A DNA stretch of 64,000 nucleotides from Lama glama (GCA_028534125.1 CM052817.1:87856001-87920000); one strand, 5' to 3'. Shown: positions 25,350-40,370, counted from the stretch's first letter. Translations and numbers: made by a program. Notes: generated from the letters alone by a model not told the origin.

Positions 25350-28300
25350 TTCAGAAAACCACTGTGGCATAGAGGACAAAATATCTGGAATACAATAAAC
25401 AAAATAACAAGTCATAAGGGAAGACAATATATTACCAAAAATCAATAGGCAAAATAGAAAGTACAAAGGTACAGAGATAAAGTTAATAGAATTATCAGAT
25501 TATGACTTCTAAATAAATGCAGTTAAATATTTCAGTAATGAAGTTACCAGATGGAAATTGGGGGTAAATAACAGAAACTGTTAAAATGAATCCAACATAA
25601 ATTACAAAATTGAAAAGAAAACCTGAAATTAGCATATTTGATGGGTTTAAGAGCAGATTAAACCCACCTGAGAAAGAGAATTAGCAAACTGTATAAAAGA
25701 AAATATCTACCCTGGAGTTTGGGAAGACAAAATGATGGGAAAGCCAGAATAACTAAGAAATACAAAATATTTATAAATTCTAATATTCATACAATTGGAT
25801 CCCCCAAAGAAAAAGAGAGGGAGCATGTAGGCAGAAGTGAATTTGAAAAGAATAAGACATTTTTATAACTGATGAAAGGTTTTAAGTCATTATTTCAAGA
25901 CTCACTATAAAAGTTAGCAGTATGAAATCACCCCCCACCACTCTGCACACACGTGAACACAAACATGTGTAATGACACTAAGTCACATCATAGCAAACTT
26001 TAAAACCCAAGAAACTGAAAATCTTAAAAGCAACCAGAGAGGGGAACAAAGACTATATTCAAAGGAGTAAAAATAAGAATAGTAGCTAATTTCTCAAAGG
26101 AAAAATGGAGGCTGGCATAAAATGAGATATAATGAATGTGCTTTAAGGAAATTATTATTAAACAAGAATTGACATTGAGTCAAATGTAATTCAAAAATGA
26201 GGATGTTTCCAGACATAGTAAAACAATGAGAATTTATTCAGCAATAGTTAAAACTCTTGTTCAGACAAAAGAAATTATTCCATTTATGTTTATGATGCAG
26301 AAAATTTTAACTAGGAAAGGTAAAATTATGTAAATGATAACTATGATGGCATAATTGATTATGACTGTACACAAAAACATATATATGGAAAGGCTAAATT
26401 ATATATGAAATGAAGACATAAAATGGCAACATATATTGAGAAGGAATAAATAAATATTAAGTGTTCTAATTGACTCATGCATTGTCTAGAAAGTAGAGAA
26501 GTAAATTTTTACATAATATTGTAACAAATGAAGGAAGCCTGTTGAAATTTCTAGGGTAAACATTTCTATAGTAGTAAAATAATGTATAATTAATAAGTTA
26601 ATAGGAATGTAAAATAATTTAAAAATGAGTCTAAATAAAAGATTGAAAAAGCCATCTATCTAGTTTATTATTATGCATTAAATACATTATGTGTACATAT
26701 TCATGAAGTATATGTAGGTAAAGGCATAGATATAGAATACAACTATATAAAATAAATACCTTGATTGAAAGATAACAATAAGAGATTGGATAAAAACAAC
26801 TCTGTACTGATTTCAAGAAACAATTATGTGGATACAGAAATTTTGAAGTGAAAAAAATGGAATAAAAACACTAATGAAAAGGAAATTTGAATTCTGTATT
26901 GTTAATATATTAATTAAGCTGTAATGGAAATACATTGTTATAGCATAATGATAGAAATTATGAATGAAGCAAATAAGTAATTCCAAATTTGTCTGCATTT
27001 AATAATATAGGTTCAAACTATGAAAAGTAAAATCTAACAAATTTAAATGTGAAAAAAAGCCAAAGATTGTGAAATGTTAACATCTTTCAGTAAATGATAA
27101 AAAAGCACGCAATAAAATTTAGGAATAATATGGAATTTGTGACAAGCACAAATAAAAAAGAACTGAATTTTTTGCTTCTAATTTTTAAATCACAGAGAGT
27201 GTTTTCCATAATTAATCAATTGTTGGGCCATAAACCCATTCTCAAATGTTTCAACCTATTTAAATTACTTATTGTATATTTTGGGGTATAGAATTCAAAA
27301 ACAAAGCTAGAAAAATTCATCTTATTTTGAATTATATAAGCATTTCTAACTAACCTGTGAATCAAAAGGGAATAATAAAATTAATAAGAAAATATTTTAA
27401 CTGAATGATAATATAAAGTCATAGATTAAAAATTTTAAATTAGGCAAGTACTCTGCGTAGAAGGAATTTACAGTCTTAATTACACACATTAGAGAAAAGC
27501 TGAAAATCAGTCATGTAAGTATCTGTCCCAAAAGTTTAGGAAAAGAAACACATAGAAGCCCAAAACAAGTAAAAGAAAAAAAATGAGAGAAATAAAAAAC
27601 AATAATACATAAATAAAAATAATAAGCAATATTAAAATCAATATGACTAACAAATGAGAAAAATCATAATTCTTTCAATTGATGCAGAAAAATAATGTAA
27701 TGAAATTCTATATGTATTCATGAGTTAAAAAAAAAAAGGCACTGCAAGAAAAAGTTGACTCTTTAATTAAGTGTATCTCCAATTAACCTCAGCCAACATC
27801 ACATTAAATGAGTAAGTGTTGAAAGCCTACTATTACACTTCTGCTTAATATTATTCTGGAGATCTTAAGCAATGAAATGAGGCAAGAAAATATATTTGTA
27901 TATGTTGCAAAGGATGAATAATCTCATTATTTACAAATGAGGTTATGTATATAGAATATTTTACTTACAGATTAAATGTTAAAATTAAGTGAACTTATGA
28001 AGGTTGTAAGATACAAGGTCAGTATGTAAAGTGAAGTGCATTTTCATACATAAGAAGCAAAATTAGAAAATATATTTTTCAATGATTCAGTATAAAGAGC
28101 ATCAAGACATTAAGCACACAAGAATGCATTTAACAAAAGATGTATGAAAGACATGTTAGAGAAAAATGCGAAGAAGTTTTGAGGAAAATTATAGAAAATC
28201 TAAATAAATGATGAATCAATCAAATCGTTACATTAGAAGACTCACTACCATAAAGAATGCCAATTCTTCCAATACTACGTATGTGTAAATGCAATGCAGT

Positions 28301-28440
28301 CCTATTAGACATTCTTACAGGGATTTTCTGAAGACTGGCAAATTAATTTCATATTTGCAAGGAAAACAAAGGACCAACACTAGTTAAAACTACTCAAGAT
28401 AATACTGAAGGAGTCAAACAGGAGGTATGGCCCTAACATA
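25350..28440 (+). mobile_element. Highly degraded L1M (ORF1 and ORF2 remnants)
   Basis: A-rich; gatgggtttaagagcagatta and aaaatcttaaaagcaaccagag (ORF1-like), caattgatgcagaaaa and gatacaaggtcagtat (ORF2-like). Confidence 0.7.
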
Positions 28441-28919
28441 TAAAGTTTTCCAAGCCAACAACTGGCTTCAAAAATTAATGTTTTAAGATTTTTATTTGAA
28501 ATTATGAATAATATCATTTTATTTTTTTAATTTATTTTGTTACTATAAATATTGGACTTATTTTCATTTGTATGATGGATTTTTTTTTTTGGATGAAAGC
28601 TTATTGAGCATTTAAATCAAATTGATATACTCAGTAAAGATGTTATTTTGGATCATACAACTCTGAAGTTCAGAGGTACAACAGACTTCAGGCCTGGCAG
28701 ACCCATGGTTGAACCATGTAATCAAAGACATAGGTTCTTTCCATCTCTGAGTTTTGTCATCAGTAGTGTTGACTTTATTGCAGCTATCAGTTATGATCTT
28801 TTAAAATTTTCCAAGTTATATTATTTGTTTTTTCCTAATGGGGAGGTTTTTTTTCTTAGACTGCTTAAAGTATTCTCTTTTGTAAATATTACAAAATATA
28901 TTTCCATTTCCTAAATGAT

Positions 28920-29360
28920 GAACAGTTAGTTTTTTTAACTAATTTTCTGTAACAAAGTTGAAATGGATATTCAGTACATAAATAATAATTTCTCTAGGAA
29001 ATATATCTAATTGTGTATACACACATGTTCATATATATAAAATGTGTGTGTGTATATATATATGTTTACATATAGAGTGTGTTTATATATATATTTGCTA
29101 TGTACGTCCCAATTGCTCTCTAAAAGTGAATATATAGTTTATACCCTTTCCAGCAAACATTCCCATATCTTTGCCAGCACAGAGTCTGATATTATTAGGC
29201 TTTTTAAATTGTTGCCTGTCTAGTAGGTTGGGAATGCCAAATATTGGTTGTTTTGTATTACATTTCTCTGATTCCTACTGAGTTTAATTTGACTTTATGG
29301 AAGCATAATACTGTTTCAGATTTACTTTTCTGTGAGTTTCCTGTTCATTTTTACTGTCAA
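28920..29360 (-). mobile_element. L1ME-type fragment
   Basis: tttataccctttccagcaa...cccatatctttgccagcac...catttctctgatt. Confidence 0.55.
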
Positions 29361-29361
29361 T

Positions 29362-29850
29362 TATATCAGTCAGGGTTCTAACAGAAAATGGATGGTATAC
29401 TTAAATGAGATAACTGAGGAGTTTAACAAAGAAATATTTTATAAAGATGAGGGTAGTATTCGGGAAATCAACATAAAGTGTTGAAGAACCCTTGGGCTAA
29501 CAACATCAAGGAGCTGTTAATACTGGCTAATCTGATGTAGTGAATGATTTCTAGAACATAGGAAGAGTTGTATTAGGAGATGTCTGCCTTACAGATGATG
29601 TGCCTTTTACAGAGGAACGTAGTTAACAGAAGGTGTCCAAGCAGGCAGTGTAGACAGGAAAATAAATATTTTGCCCTCCTCTCCTCATTGCCTTCCAGTC
29701 TCTTGCTAATGGATCCCATTGGCCAAACCGAAATGTGGAGTTAGAGAGCAGAGGAGCACCCTGATGCAGTCTATAAAATTCTTTGTCCTGGGATATGGAA
29801 AATGATAGAGAAAGATTAAAAAAATGGATGAATGAAGCAATGATGAATAT
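29362..29850 (-). mobile_element. ERVL LTR (LTR33/LTR41-like)
   Basis: tatcagtcagggttc...cccattggccaaacc...gagcaccctgatgcagtc. Confidence 0.6.
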
Positions 29851-29899
29851 CCTGCAATCTCTTGTATTTGTTTGTTTTGGTCTTTATGTTTTTTAATTT

Positions 29900-30820
29900 T
29901 AAAAAGTAAATTGAGCATAGTAATTCTTTGTGTGATATGTCTTCTCTTATTCTGCATTTATATGTTCTTTTGGATGCTGTTAAAAACTAGTAACTCCAAA
30001 AATGTAAGCTTTATGATACAGGAAATTTTGCATTAACTGCTACATTCTTAACATTAGAAGAATTTCTGGAACATGGCAGTTGCTTAATATTTGTTGAATG
30101 ATTAAATAAGTGAATATTTTACTTTAAATTTTATTATTTCCTTAACCTTTCCCTATGGTGAGATCACTGAGATATTCTTCTATATTTTTATCTAGTAATT
30201 AAAAATTTTATTTTTCTTATTTGTATGTTAATCCACTTCAATTCTTTTACTGTACATGTGAGGTAAAGATCCAATTCTGTTTATATATGTATGTGATATA
30301 TATGTATGCTTATATATATGTGTATATATATGTTCATATGTGATATTCAATATCCATGCACAATTTACTGATGTATAATGTGTTTTACACCACAAATATC
30401 ATATACGGCATATAGCAAATAACTAAGTGTACTTATGTGTCTATATCTGACCTATTCTCTGTCTCATTGATTTATAATTTGTAATTTATACCTCTGTCAA
30501 AAATTATATTCTTAGTTTTATAATAATTTTCTATCCTTCATTAGATATGTTCTATTCCTGTATTCTTACAATTGCCTTGGTCTTCCATATGAATTTTGGG
30601 ATCACCTTTTCAAATTCTGTAATAATATCTCACTGATACATTGATGAGATTGGCACTGGATTTATAGGTTGACTGCAAGAGAAATTATGTTCTTAAAATT
30701 TTCATTCTAATTATAGACATTCTTTTTGTTCTTTAATAATGCTCTGCAATTTTCTATATTAAGGTCTTACACAACTTGGGTTGTATTTACTCTTTCATAC
30801 CTATAAAATCTTTTTCAATA
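29900..30820 (-). mobile_element. L1ME-type ORF2 fragment, with a short L2-like piece near 30000-30120
   Basis: gtgaggtaaagatccaatt and ttccatatgaattttgggatcac are antisense L1 motifs. Confidence 0.55.
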
Positions 30821-33800
30821 TTTAACACTGCAATTCACAAGCATCCCACATAACATCAGGAACAGGACAAAAATGTGCATTGTTATTCTTACTGGATGTC
30901 CTAGTCACCGAAATGTGGTAGAAGCCAGATACTAAATTCCATATGAATTTGAAAAGACATTCAAAATTTGTGGTTGCTTCTGGGTAATGTAGTTATTTAT
31001 ATAGAAACTTCAACATAATCTATGAACCATCAGAAATAGGATAAAAATTAATAACATTACTGAATAAAAATATATAGCACAATATTAATGGTGCCCCTAT
31101 ACACCAGTGATAACCAAGTATTAAAAAAAATAAGGTATAAGAAACCATATACACTATTCTCTTTGTTTTCTATACTAGAGTATGATATAGTGCATTTAAG
31201 GGTGCATGTAAGTTTATTCATTTTCTCCTGTGTTAAAGATTTTTCTTTTTGCATACTCAGTTATTTCTTAAGCTCTGGAAATATCTGATACCTATCTCTT
31301 TTTAATATTCTGTGTTTTACTTAGAATCTCTTTTTTTATGTTGTCACTAACTCCTTTTCTTATGCTTATTCTCTCATTATTTTGTTGCTGTTATTTTATG
31401 AAAACAAAATTCAGGTCGTTTTCAATTTTCCATCATTATATTAATTCCACTTCCTAGTGTTAAAATTCTCTTCTGGTTACCCCCCAGTGTAGCTTTTAAT
31501 TTTGGTATTACTTTTGGGGGGAGGAAAGTTCTTTGCAATCATTTTAACCCACACCTTGTTCCATTACATAAATGCCGTTGGTCATTTTGAATGAGTCAAG
31601 TAGCATATTAGAACTAATTGCCTTAAATATCGTTCTCTTGTTGGGTTTTTGATTTGTACCTTTAATCTCAATTTTTCTATTTGTATCTTCTCCTATTCTT
31701 TTATTCCACAGAATAATGCCACACAATTATAAATCATATTCAATTTCCTACATAAAAAGGTTTACATAATATGTAAACCTATTTCATAGGCCTAGTTCTC
31801 TTCTCATTCTTCAGGGAAATCTTTTCAGTCTCTTATATCTTTGCTTTCACAATACTATTTATGTGTGAGTAGTTTGTTTTCTCCTTTACTTATCACAGAA
31901 CAAGGAGCTTTCAACCTTGAGAGATTGTCTATCCTCATCCAGGTTGTCTCTGTTGCCATGGGCCCGTTTGTTACCCACATTTGTGCTGGTGCAATAATCT
32001 TTCAGATGTTCACATAAAAGCAGTCTGATAGGTTCATTTCTTTCCCAACATCTGGCAAGTATATAGTTTATGTTGATCTGCCAATGTGAGACAGAATTTA
32101 ATCTTGGCTCCACTGCCTGTCTCATTAAAAAGCACATCATATATAAACACATAGAAAAACATAGAAAGCGTGTCTGCTTTATGTCATCCAGCTTGCTTAA
32201 ACACTTTCAGTTTTTGAAAATCACAGTATATCTCACTTTGTAATAACCTTCATGATTCCTTATTGGATCTAGTTGGCTTATCCTAGGAATTTAATTATTA
32301 TATATTTAAAGTCCTGGGGACAAATAGTTTTCAGAGTTTGTAGTCTAGAGTTCCTAATCTTTCTGATTAAGCTAATGGGTGGAGTCCGATGGTGGAGGTT
32401 GAGGTAATAAAGAGAGAGATGATGATTTCATCAATTCTTGTTGGGTAACTTTTTTTTTAGTTTTCATTGGCATAGCATAGAAATTTTCTATTGCTTATTT
32501 TTCAGTCTAATTCTTTTAAATATTACAGTTAGTGAAACTATCTCCCAGATTTTGGGAATTGATTGTTTACTACTTCTTTTCAAAGACACCTTATAGAAAT
32601 TTTATATTTTTCTTTGAATCATGTATTTCCTATTGAGATGTTGAGAAAGGTTATGTCACAGCTGTCGGTTACATGCCATGCTAAATGTATAGTCCTGAGG
32701 TTGATTTTATACTGAAATGTTAACACCACTAAGAGTAAAATATTAAGCATAGGAGTAATTCTCTGGGTGGATATTTAGAACCTCTCTCCCCTTCAGTTCT
32801 CTCCCTTGTATTTGATTTTCAGATCAGGCACTGGTTATCAACAGTTGTAGTGAATAACCAATCTGAGACTCATTTTGCATAGAGAGTGATAGAAATAGAT
32901 AAAGATTGACAGAAAGGAAAAGAGAAAGTGACAAAGATGAATAGTAAGAATAATTTACTTGGATATATAAACTATTCATTCTAAAATAATAAGTAGATAG
33001 AGGAAACAAAACTATCTTGCTCTACCTGGATCCATGTACTTAATCATTCTAAGTATATTCTGGTGTAAGACTCTAACAATAGGCAGGCATTATTGTTATT
33101 ATCAGTATTGTTATTTTAACATCAATAGCTGTAATATTTACAATATATCTGATTGTTGGTTAGAAAAGATATTCTGTAATATTGGTCAGAATAAAACCAG
33201 CAAAATTTATTAATTTTTAAGGAAAATATTTCAGTATTTTATTTTTTAACCCCAATTTCATAATAGACTACATATTAGATTCTTACAATCTGTTGAACAC
33301 ATAGATTTATGAAAATGTTGGCAATACTGTGATCATTTCTTTTACATGTAGAAAATGTTTGCTTATTCTTAATCTCTAGATTATTTAATATGTTGAGAAT
33401 ATTATTTTTTATTTATTAAACATGTAAATTCAGGGGGGATGCTAAAAGTCTGATTTACATGGGTTTTCTAAGTGAGATTAAACAAAGATCATTTATAGTT
33501 CAAAATCATGCAATAATCTTATATTCATATTTGAATAACTTTAAAATGAATATTTTAAAATATTCCACAATAAGAATAAATAAATGGAAGTTTATATGTT
33601 TCTAACTACTAAAAGCAGTCTTAAGTTGGACTAATTCTTAAATTACAATTAGTTTGAATGTTTTAGTAAACCTATCATTAGATTATCATAGTTATCATAA
33701 TGATTGAATATGTAAATTAAACTTTTTCTTTTACTTAACAAATTTCTGCTCACAATCATCATGCCAAGACCCATATGTAAATACTGCCTTAGTGTTTATA

Positions 33801-34398
33801 ATTCCTTTTAGAGATTTGTTCATCTCATCTTGGGCTATTTCAAAACATACATATACCCTGATTACACCCTAATTAACAATTTGGGAACATAATACACAAA
33901 TATGAAATTAATAAGTAAGCATCTACATTTTCCTTTGCTTGTTGGCACTCTATATTATCACTATATATATCATTTTATGTTTTAGAAGTGTAAAAAACTG
34001 ACACTGATTTAACAAAGTTTTAACATATCCAGTGAATTCTTTTGTGCGCTTATACCAATAAAGTTGTAATATTCAAAAAATATGACAATCAGCATTTATT
34101 TCCTCAATTCTATGAATTAATTAAATTGTAACTTTGTGTAAAATGACTGAATTGTTTTCAGGGGAATATTTTTACCTTTGGTGGAAATTTTATTTAATTA
34201 CCAACAAAAGTATTGCTTATTAAAATTTTATAAGACAAAAGATTAATCTGCATTGGTTTTGAATCATAAATTTCAAATAATTGTCATCATAAAACTGTTA
34301 TGAAAAATTCATTCCCAGGTGTTTTTATGTACATATTAATTTGCCCAGTTGAACAGCATCTCTGTTGTCATTTTATTATTACTTAAACATGTTTATTT

Positions 34399-34774
34399 AT
34401 TTACTTACATTTTATACAATTTTAAAGGCTACTTTTCATTTACAGTTATTATAGAATATTGGCCATACTCCCTGTGTTGATCCTTGAGCTGATCTTACAC
34501 CCAGCAGTTTGTACCTCCCACTCCCCCTACCCCTAAATGCTCATTACCTCCCTCCCTACTGGTAATCAGTAGTTTGTTCTCTTTATCTGTGAGTCTGCTT
34601 TTTTTTGTTGTTATATTCACTAGTTTGTTGTATATTTCAGATTCCACATATAAGTGATACCATACAGTATTTGTCTCTCTCTGACTTATTTCACTTAGCA
34701 CAATGTGTTCCAAGTCCATCAGTGTTGCTGCAAATGGCAAATTTTTGTTCTTTTTTATGGCCAAGTGGTGTTCC

Positions 34775-34808
<34 letters not shown>

Positions 34809-35779
34809 CTTCTTTATCCATTCATCGGTTAATGAATACTTAACAATTGTAAATAATGCTACTTGTCATTTGTAAGTAATGCTGTCTAGGCAATTGTAAA
34901 TAATGCTGCCATGAACAATGGTCTGTATACATCTTTTTGAATTAGTCTTTTGGGGTTTCTTTGGATATGTACCTAGGAGTAGAATTGCTGGGTCATATGG
35001 TAGCTCTGTTTCTTTCTTTCTTTTTTTTTTTTTTTTTTGAGAAACTCCCATAGTGTTTCACACAGTGCTGCACCAATTTACATTCCCACCAACAGTATAC
35101 AAGGGTTCCCTTTTCTCCACATCCTTACTAACTTTTGTTATTTATGTTCTTTTTGATGATAGCCATTCTGATAGGTATGAGGTGACGTCTCATTGTATTT
35201 TTGATTTGCATTTCCCTGATGACTAGAGATGTTGAGCATCTTTTCACGCACCTGTTGGCCATATGTATTTCCTCTTTGGAAAAATGTCTAGTCAATTCTG
35301 CCAATTTTTTAATCAGTTTTTTTGGCTTTGTTTTTGTTTTGATGTTGAGTTTTATAAGCAATTTATATATTTTGGATATTAATCCCTTATTGGTCATATC
35401 ATTTGCAAATATTTTCTCCAATTCAGTAGGTTGTCTTGTTTTGTCAGTGGTTTCCTTTGCTGTGCAAAAGTTTTTAAATTTAATTAGGTCCCATTTGCTT
35501 ATTTTTGCTTTTATTTCCTTTGCTTTAGATGAGGGATACAAAAAATATTGCTTTGATTTATGTCAAAGAGTATTCTGCATATGTTTTCCTCTTCAGAGTT
35601 TTATCGTATCCGGTCTTACTTTAGTCCTTTTATTCATTTTGAGTTTATTTTTTGTATATGGTGTTAGAGATTGTTCTAATTTCATTCTTTACATGTAGCT
35701 GTCCTGTTTTCCCAGGACCACGTTCTGATTTCATTCTTTACATGTAGCTGTCCTGTTTTCCCAGGACCACTTATTGAAG
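34399..35779 (-). mobile_element. L1 3' portion (ORF2 C-terminus and 3' UTR)
   Basis: ORF 35128-35541 ([21 protein letters not shown]...[14 protein letters not shown]) is L1 ORF2p C-terminal sequence; ELPYDPAILLLG follows; contains (TG)n at about 34777-34805. Confidence 0.95.
35673..35770 (+). repeat. 49-bp tandem duplication within L1
   Basis: gttct(a/g)atttcattctttacatgtagctgtcctgttttcccaggaccac at 35673-35721 and 35722-35770. Confidence 0.95.
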
Positions 35780-36045
35780 CAACAACTCTCTGCAGTACAA
35801 CCATCTACGAAAATGACTGAAACCTACCAGAAAAGATCTACAACTAAAGACATAAAGAAGACATCACAATTAGACAGGTAGGAGAGACGGACTCATGATA
35901 TAATTAAATCCCATACCCCCATGTGGTCAATCCATAAACTAGAGAATAACTATATTGTCTCAGAGCATTTGGCTTTGAAGGCCAGCAGGGCTTAATTTCA
36001 GGAGCTCCTCAGGACTAGGAAGAATAAAGACTTCACTCTTAAATA
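35780..36045 (+). mobile_element. L1 5' UTR-derived segment in the opposite orientation
   Basis: gaaaagatctacaactaaagacataaagaag...gagcatttggctttgaaggccagcagggctt...cactcttaaa resembles laurasiatherian L1 5' UTR. Confidence 0.65.
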
Positions 36046-38079
36046 GTAGATGCAATGTTTATTTTTGCTCTTTTATTAAAAATTGATGATATAATTTTGT
36101 AGTACATTTTAATAGAAAGAGAATGGTGCCAATTTTAACAACATATTCACTGCTTATTTTGTATCAAGTAATATCAGATATTTAGGGTCACTTCATTTTT
36201 AGCTATCACGAATCCAAAAATGTGTGGTGTCTTTTTGAGATGATATGAAGACAGACTATTTTTCTTTTTTCTTTATATCTTCCTTTTTTATTACTTACAT
36301 TTTTTTGCCCCTATTTAAAGAGGAAATCAAATTGGGAATTAAAGCAATATCGGACTTTAACCAAAAGTGTTTCATAGTCCACTCTGAACTAAAATGTCTT
36401 TAAAAACAATTTCAAAAGCAGCCCAGATTCTTGTAGCTTTTTTTTACAACCTCTCTAGCTGATTGCAGCATAGACATTTTCCCTTTTTTTGTTTGCTGCA
36501 TATTATGAACTCATATAATATCCTAATGAAATTGTTTTACATTCCATTCTTAAACATATTTTTATTAGGTTGTATGAATACATTAGTTATGTCGAGAACA
36601 GAAAAGAAAAATCAATGGTTTTACTTGGTACATATGTGTATCTGAACACACAGATGTAGTCCAGATTAAGGCGAGAAAGACAGAGGCAGAGAGAGGGAGG
36701 AAGAGAGGAGGAGGAGGAGGAGGGAGATAGATAGAGAGAAAAAGAGAATTGTTCAAAGTATATAAAACCAGTAGAGGTTAAATTGACCCTGAACATCCTG
36801 AGTTTTGAAAAACAATGTTGGTGTAACATAAAGCATATATATTAATGTCAAAATAAGTACATTATGGAAGTAAATATATTCAATAACTTTCTACCTAGCC
36901 TTGAAGTAAAAACAGAATTATTCTATATTTTCCATGAATGTGTATTATAGTTTGCATTTTGCAACCCTTGATGCTTGAGTTCAATAGAGAATTTAGACAG
37001 TAAGAGCTAACTTTATTTTTGAAAGTTGAAATTAGAATACTTTTATTTTACCAAAGGTGGCTTGATAATTTCTTAATATTTTCTTAATCATTTCATTTTC
37101 TCTGGTGATTGTATGACTATAGAAATATTTCACTGTAATATGTTTTTGGCTTAATCTGATCAAATAATATACTCAAAATGTTTTATTAATATATTTATTT
37201 CATAATACTTGCAAGTGAAATTAAATATATAAGCCAGAAAAAAGTAATGTTCAGTTTTTATGACTTCTAACCATTTGTTTTTAATAATTAGTATTTTGAA
37301 ATCATAAGTTCTCAATGAAATTTTACCCAGAAAAATATTGTGTATTCTTCAGAAATGATCAGTAAAAAGTATGTATCAAAATAAATCATTTTGGGTCAAA
37401 AAATTGAAAACGGAATGTATGTTATTTTAAAAAATAGGTCAACTTATGTTCCTCTAAAATATATTTTGAGGCTATTGTATCCTATGATTCCAATTTTTAA
37501 AGTGTAAAATAATATATACTATCTTGTGTGTTTGATAGACTTTATAGGAAACACAATAAAATGATGATGATCATTAAAATTATAGAAATAATAATGATAA
37601 TAATATGATAATAATGAAGTATTTGACCAGTTAGTAGTAGGTAAGTAACCTACATAGAAATAAGCATCCACATTTGTCTCTTTATAAATCAAGGCTATCT
37701 GATCTTATTAGCTCCATATGGAATAGAAGAGCCAAATATGACCTTCATGCTTTTAGGAACTATAATTTTGGAGAAATCTGAAATTCAAATTAGTAAGAGA
37801 GCAGTAAATGGAACTTAGGAGAATATAACATTCTAAGACAACAGAAATATTTTAACCAAGTGAAAGCCAAGTTGATTTAGCTATTTGACTAAAGCTTAAA
37901 TAAATAATAACTTCTTAATTGTTAAGTCCATTCTGTTTTAAAGCTGAGATAGGACAACAGTTTCCTACCAGTTAATATTTTCTTTTTGGTTAAAATTAAT
38001 TTGTAGTGTTTAATGTGAAAACATAATGACCAGAAAGCCTGCTGAGTTTAAAAGAATAATTATCCAAAGAAACACTATT

Positions 38080-38580
38080 GTAATATTATTAAGCAATAAA
38101 AAGAAATGAACTATCAAGCCATGAAAGACATGGAGGAAACTGAAATGCATGTTACTAAATAAAAGAGGCCAACCTGAAAAGGTGCATATTGTATGACATT
38201 CGGGAAAAGGCAGTAAAAAAATTACTGGTTGCCAGGAGTTGGGAGGGGAGAAGTGAATAGATGGGCACAGAGGATTTTTAGGGCAGTGAAGCAACTGAAG
38301 GATACTGTAATGGTGGACACACATCTTATACATTTGTTCAAACCCACCGAATGCACAGTACCAAGAGTGAACTCTAATGTCAGTGGTAGTCTTTGGGTGA
38401 TGATATATCAATGTGGGTTCACTTATTGCAACAGATGTGACATTCTGGGGCAGAAAGTTGATAGTGGGGGAGGCTATGCATGTGTAGGGTCAGGAGTATA
38501 TGAAAAATCTCTGTACCTTCTGCTCAATTTTGCTATGACCCTAAAACTGCTCTAAAGGATAATACCTATTTTTAAAAAAA
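38080..38580 (+). mobile_element. L1MB/L1MC 3' end
   Basis: aaaaagaaatgaactatcaagccatgaaagacatggagg...tgaccctaaaactgctctaaa, then an A-rich tail. Confidence 0.85.
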
Positions 38581-38934
38581 GAGAGACAGAGAGAGATCAT
38601 GGCAGTCCTAGGAAGTGGTGTAAGACACTGATGGGTTGCTACTCTGAAAGAGGCTGACAGTGATAACAAAGAACTAAACTACAGAAGTAATAATCTAAGA
38701 AAAAGGGGAAAATCATCATCATGTTTGATTTTCCCTTTTCTGATCTTATACAATAGGTATTTGTGTTTAGAAAGTACTAGGTGAAAATAGAAATTTAGAA
38801 GTATATATATGCAAAAATTAGTTTTAGCTCTGCTTTAATTATTTGCATTACTGTAATATTTTTGATACTATTTTGTACATACTATAAATTTTGAGTCTTC
38901 TAGAGTTTACCTAGAAAGAGAAGATTTTTAGTAC

Positions 38935-39170
38935 TAGGGAGGAAAAGTAATGGGCTGAGAGTCAAGAAGACAGAATTATACTTCCAGCTCCATTATTTAC
39001 AAATTTTTATAGCCTTGGCTGCTTCACTCAGTGTTTCTTACTAAGTTTTTTCATTTTTTCGTAATATATGCGTAATAAACCTATACTATGAATTTTACCA
39101 TATTATGAGGATCATAAATTGGTACTAAATGATGTATATGTTTGTAATTGTGTAACTATATACATGCAAG
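38935..39170 (+). mobile_element. MIR SINE
   Basis: gggctgagagtcaagaagac...ccagctccattatttac...gccttgg. Confidence 0.55.
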
Positions 39171-40370
39171 GATTTGGTTACAATAAGGAGGTTTTGAAAG
39201 TAGCTTCATTGCTATGGTGGTTTAATTACATTAAGTATATCTGGACATTTACTACAATCTTCTTCCTCCACATAGGACTGTTCTGGGTATACATTTAGCA
39301 TGTCTGTTGTAAGCTTTTCAAATTTTATAAAAAGGTCAATAGTATAGTCCATCTGCTTAATGATCAGTAGTTTTAATCAGAAACAAAACATATCCATTCC
39401 AGATTTATACTCCAGAATCCATTCATTCTTTAATGAATATTAATTGAGTGTCAATTATATACAAAATAACACGTTAATCATTGGAGATACTTCAGAAGAC
39501 AGTGTTAATATCTCATCCCAATAACCATATTTAAGAATATGTTTTCCTGGAAATCTATTTTGCAAAAATCACAATTTTTTTCCTCAATATAATTTATATT
39601 TCTCTGTTTATTTGTGAAGCTGAGTATCTTTTTGTGCTTTATCATTTTTGATTGTCTTCTTGTGTACACTTCATATTAGTAATATTTTCCAAATTTCTGT
39701 AGGATCATTTGTCTTTTGATTTTTTAGGAGTCCTTTGTTGTTTGAGGTTATGTACCTTTACTTTATATACTCAAAGTTTTTTGCTATCCATGTACTCGTT
39801 TATTGATTGTGAGTTTTATGTGGATGATGAAAATCTACATCTGAATCTACAAGATTCATTCACTAGTTAATTGATTCTAACTAATATAGAAGAAAGAGTT
39901 TCTGTATGTAGAAACGGGAGATTGAAAAGGGGACAAAATAAATAACTGGAAAAGAAAGTTTGCTATTTTCTCTGCTCTTTCCTGTAATTTCCATGTTGAT
40001 AAAACCATTAGAAAAGAATATTTATAAAGTGAGATTTGAGGGATGCACCCTTGAGAATTTTCCTTTAATTTAGGGGCTGATTCTAGAAACAAGGGATAGA
40101 AATATGTTCTTTTCTAGATTTTTAAAAACTGAGCTGAGATGTAAAACTAGGACCACCTAAGTCCATATCAAAAGATCTCAATAGTATGCAAGGCAGTTTC
40201 CTTCAGTTACATCATAGTTTTACTCTAATTGTGAGCTAAGTCACAGAAATCATTGGAAATATCAAGTATGGGAGAAATGGTAATGAAAAGTATTACATTG
40301 CATGTTTGCTGAATTATGTGTTTGTGTCTAGTTTTTGTTTTTGTTTTTGTTTGATTGATTGATTGATTTT

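Noticed and set aside
35128..35698. ORFs of 137 and 165 aa as genes
   Set aside because: Sense and antisense readings of a truncated L1 ORF2; the same applies to 51410-52175.
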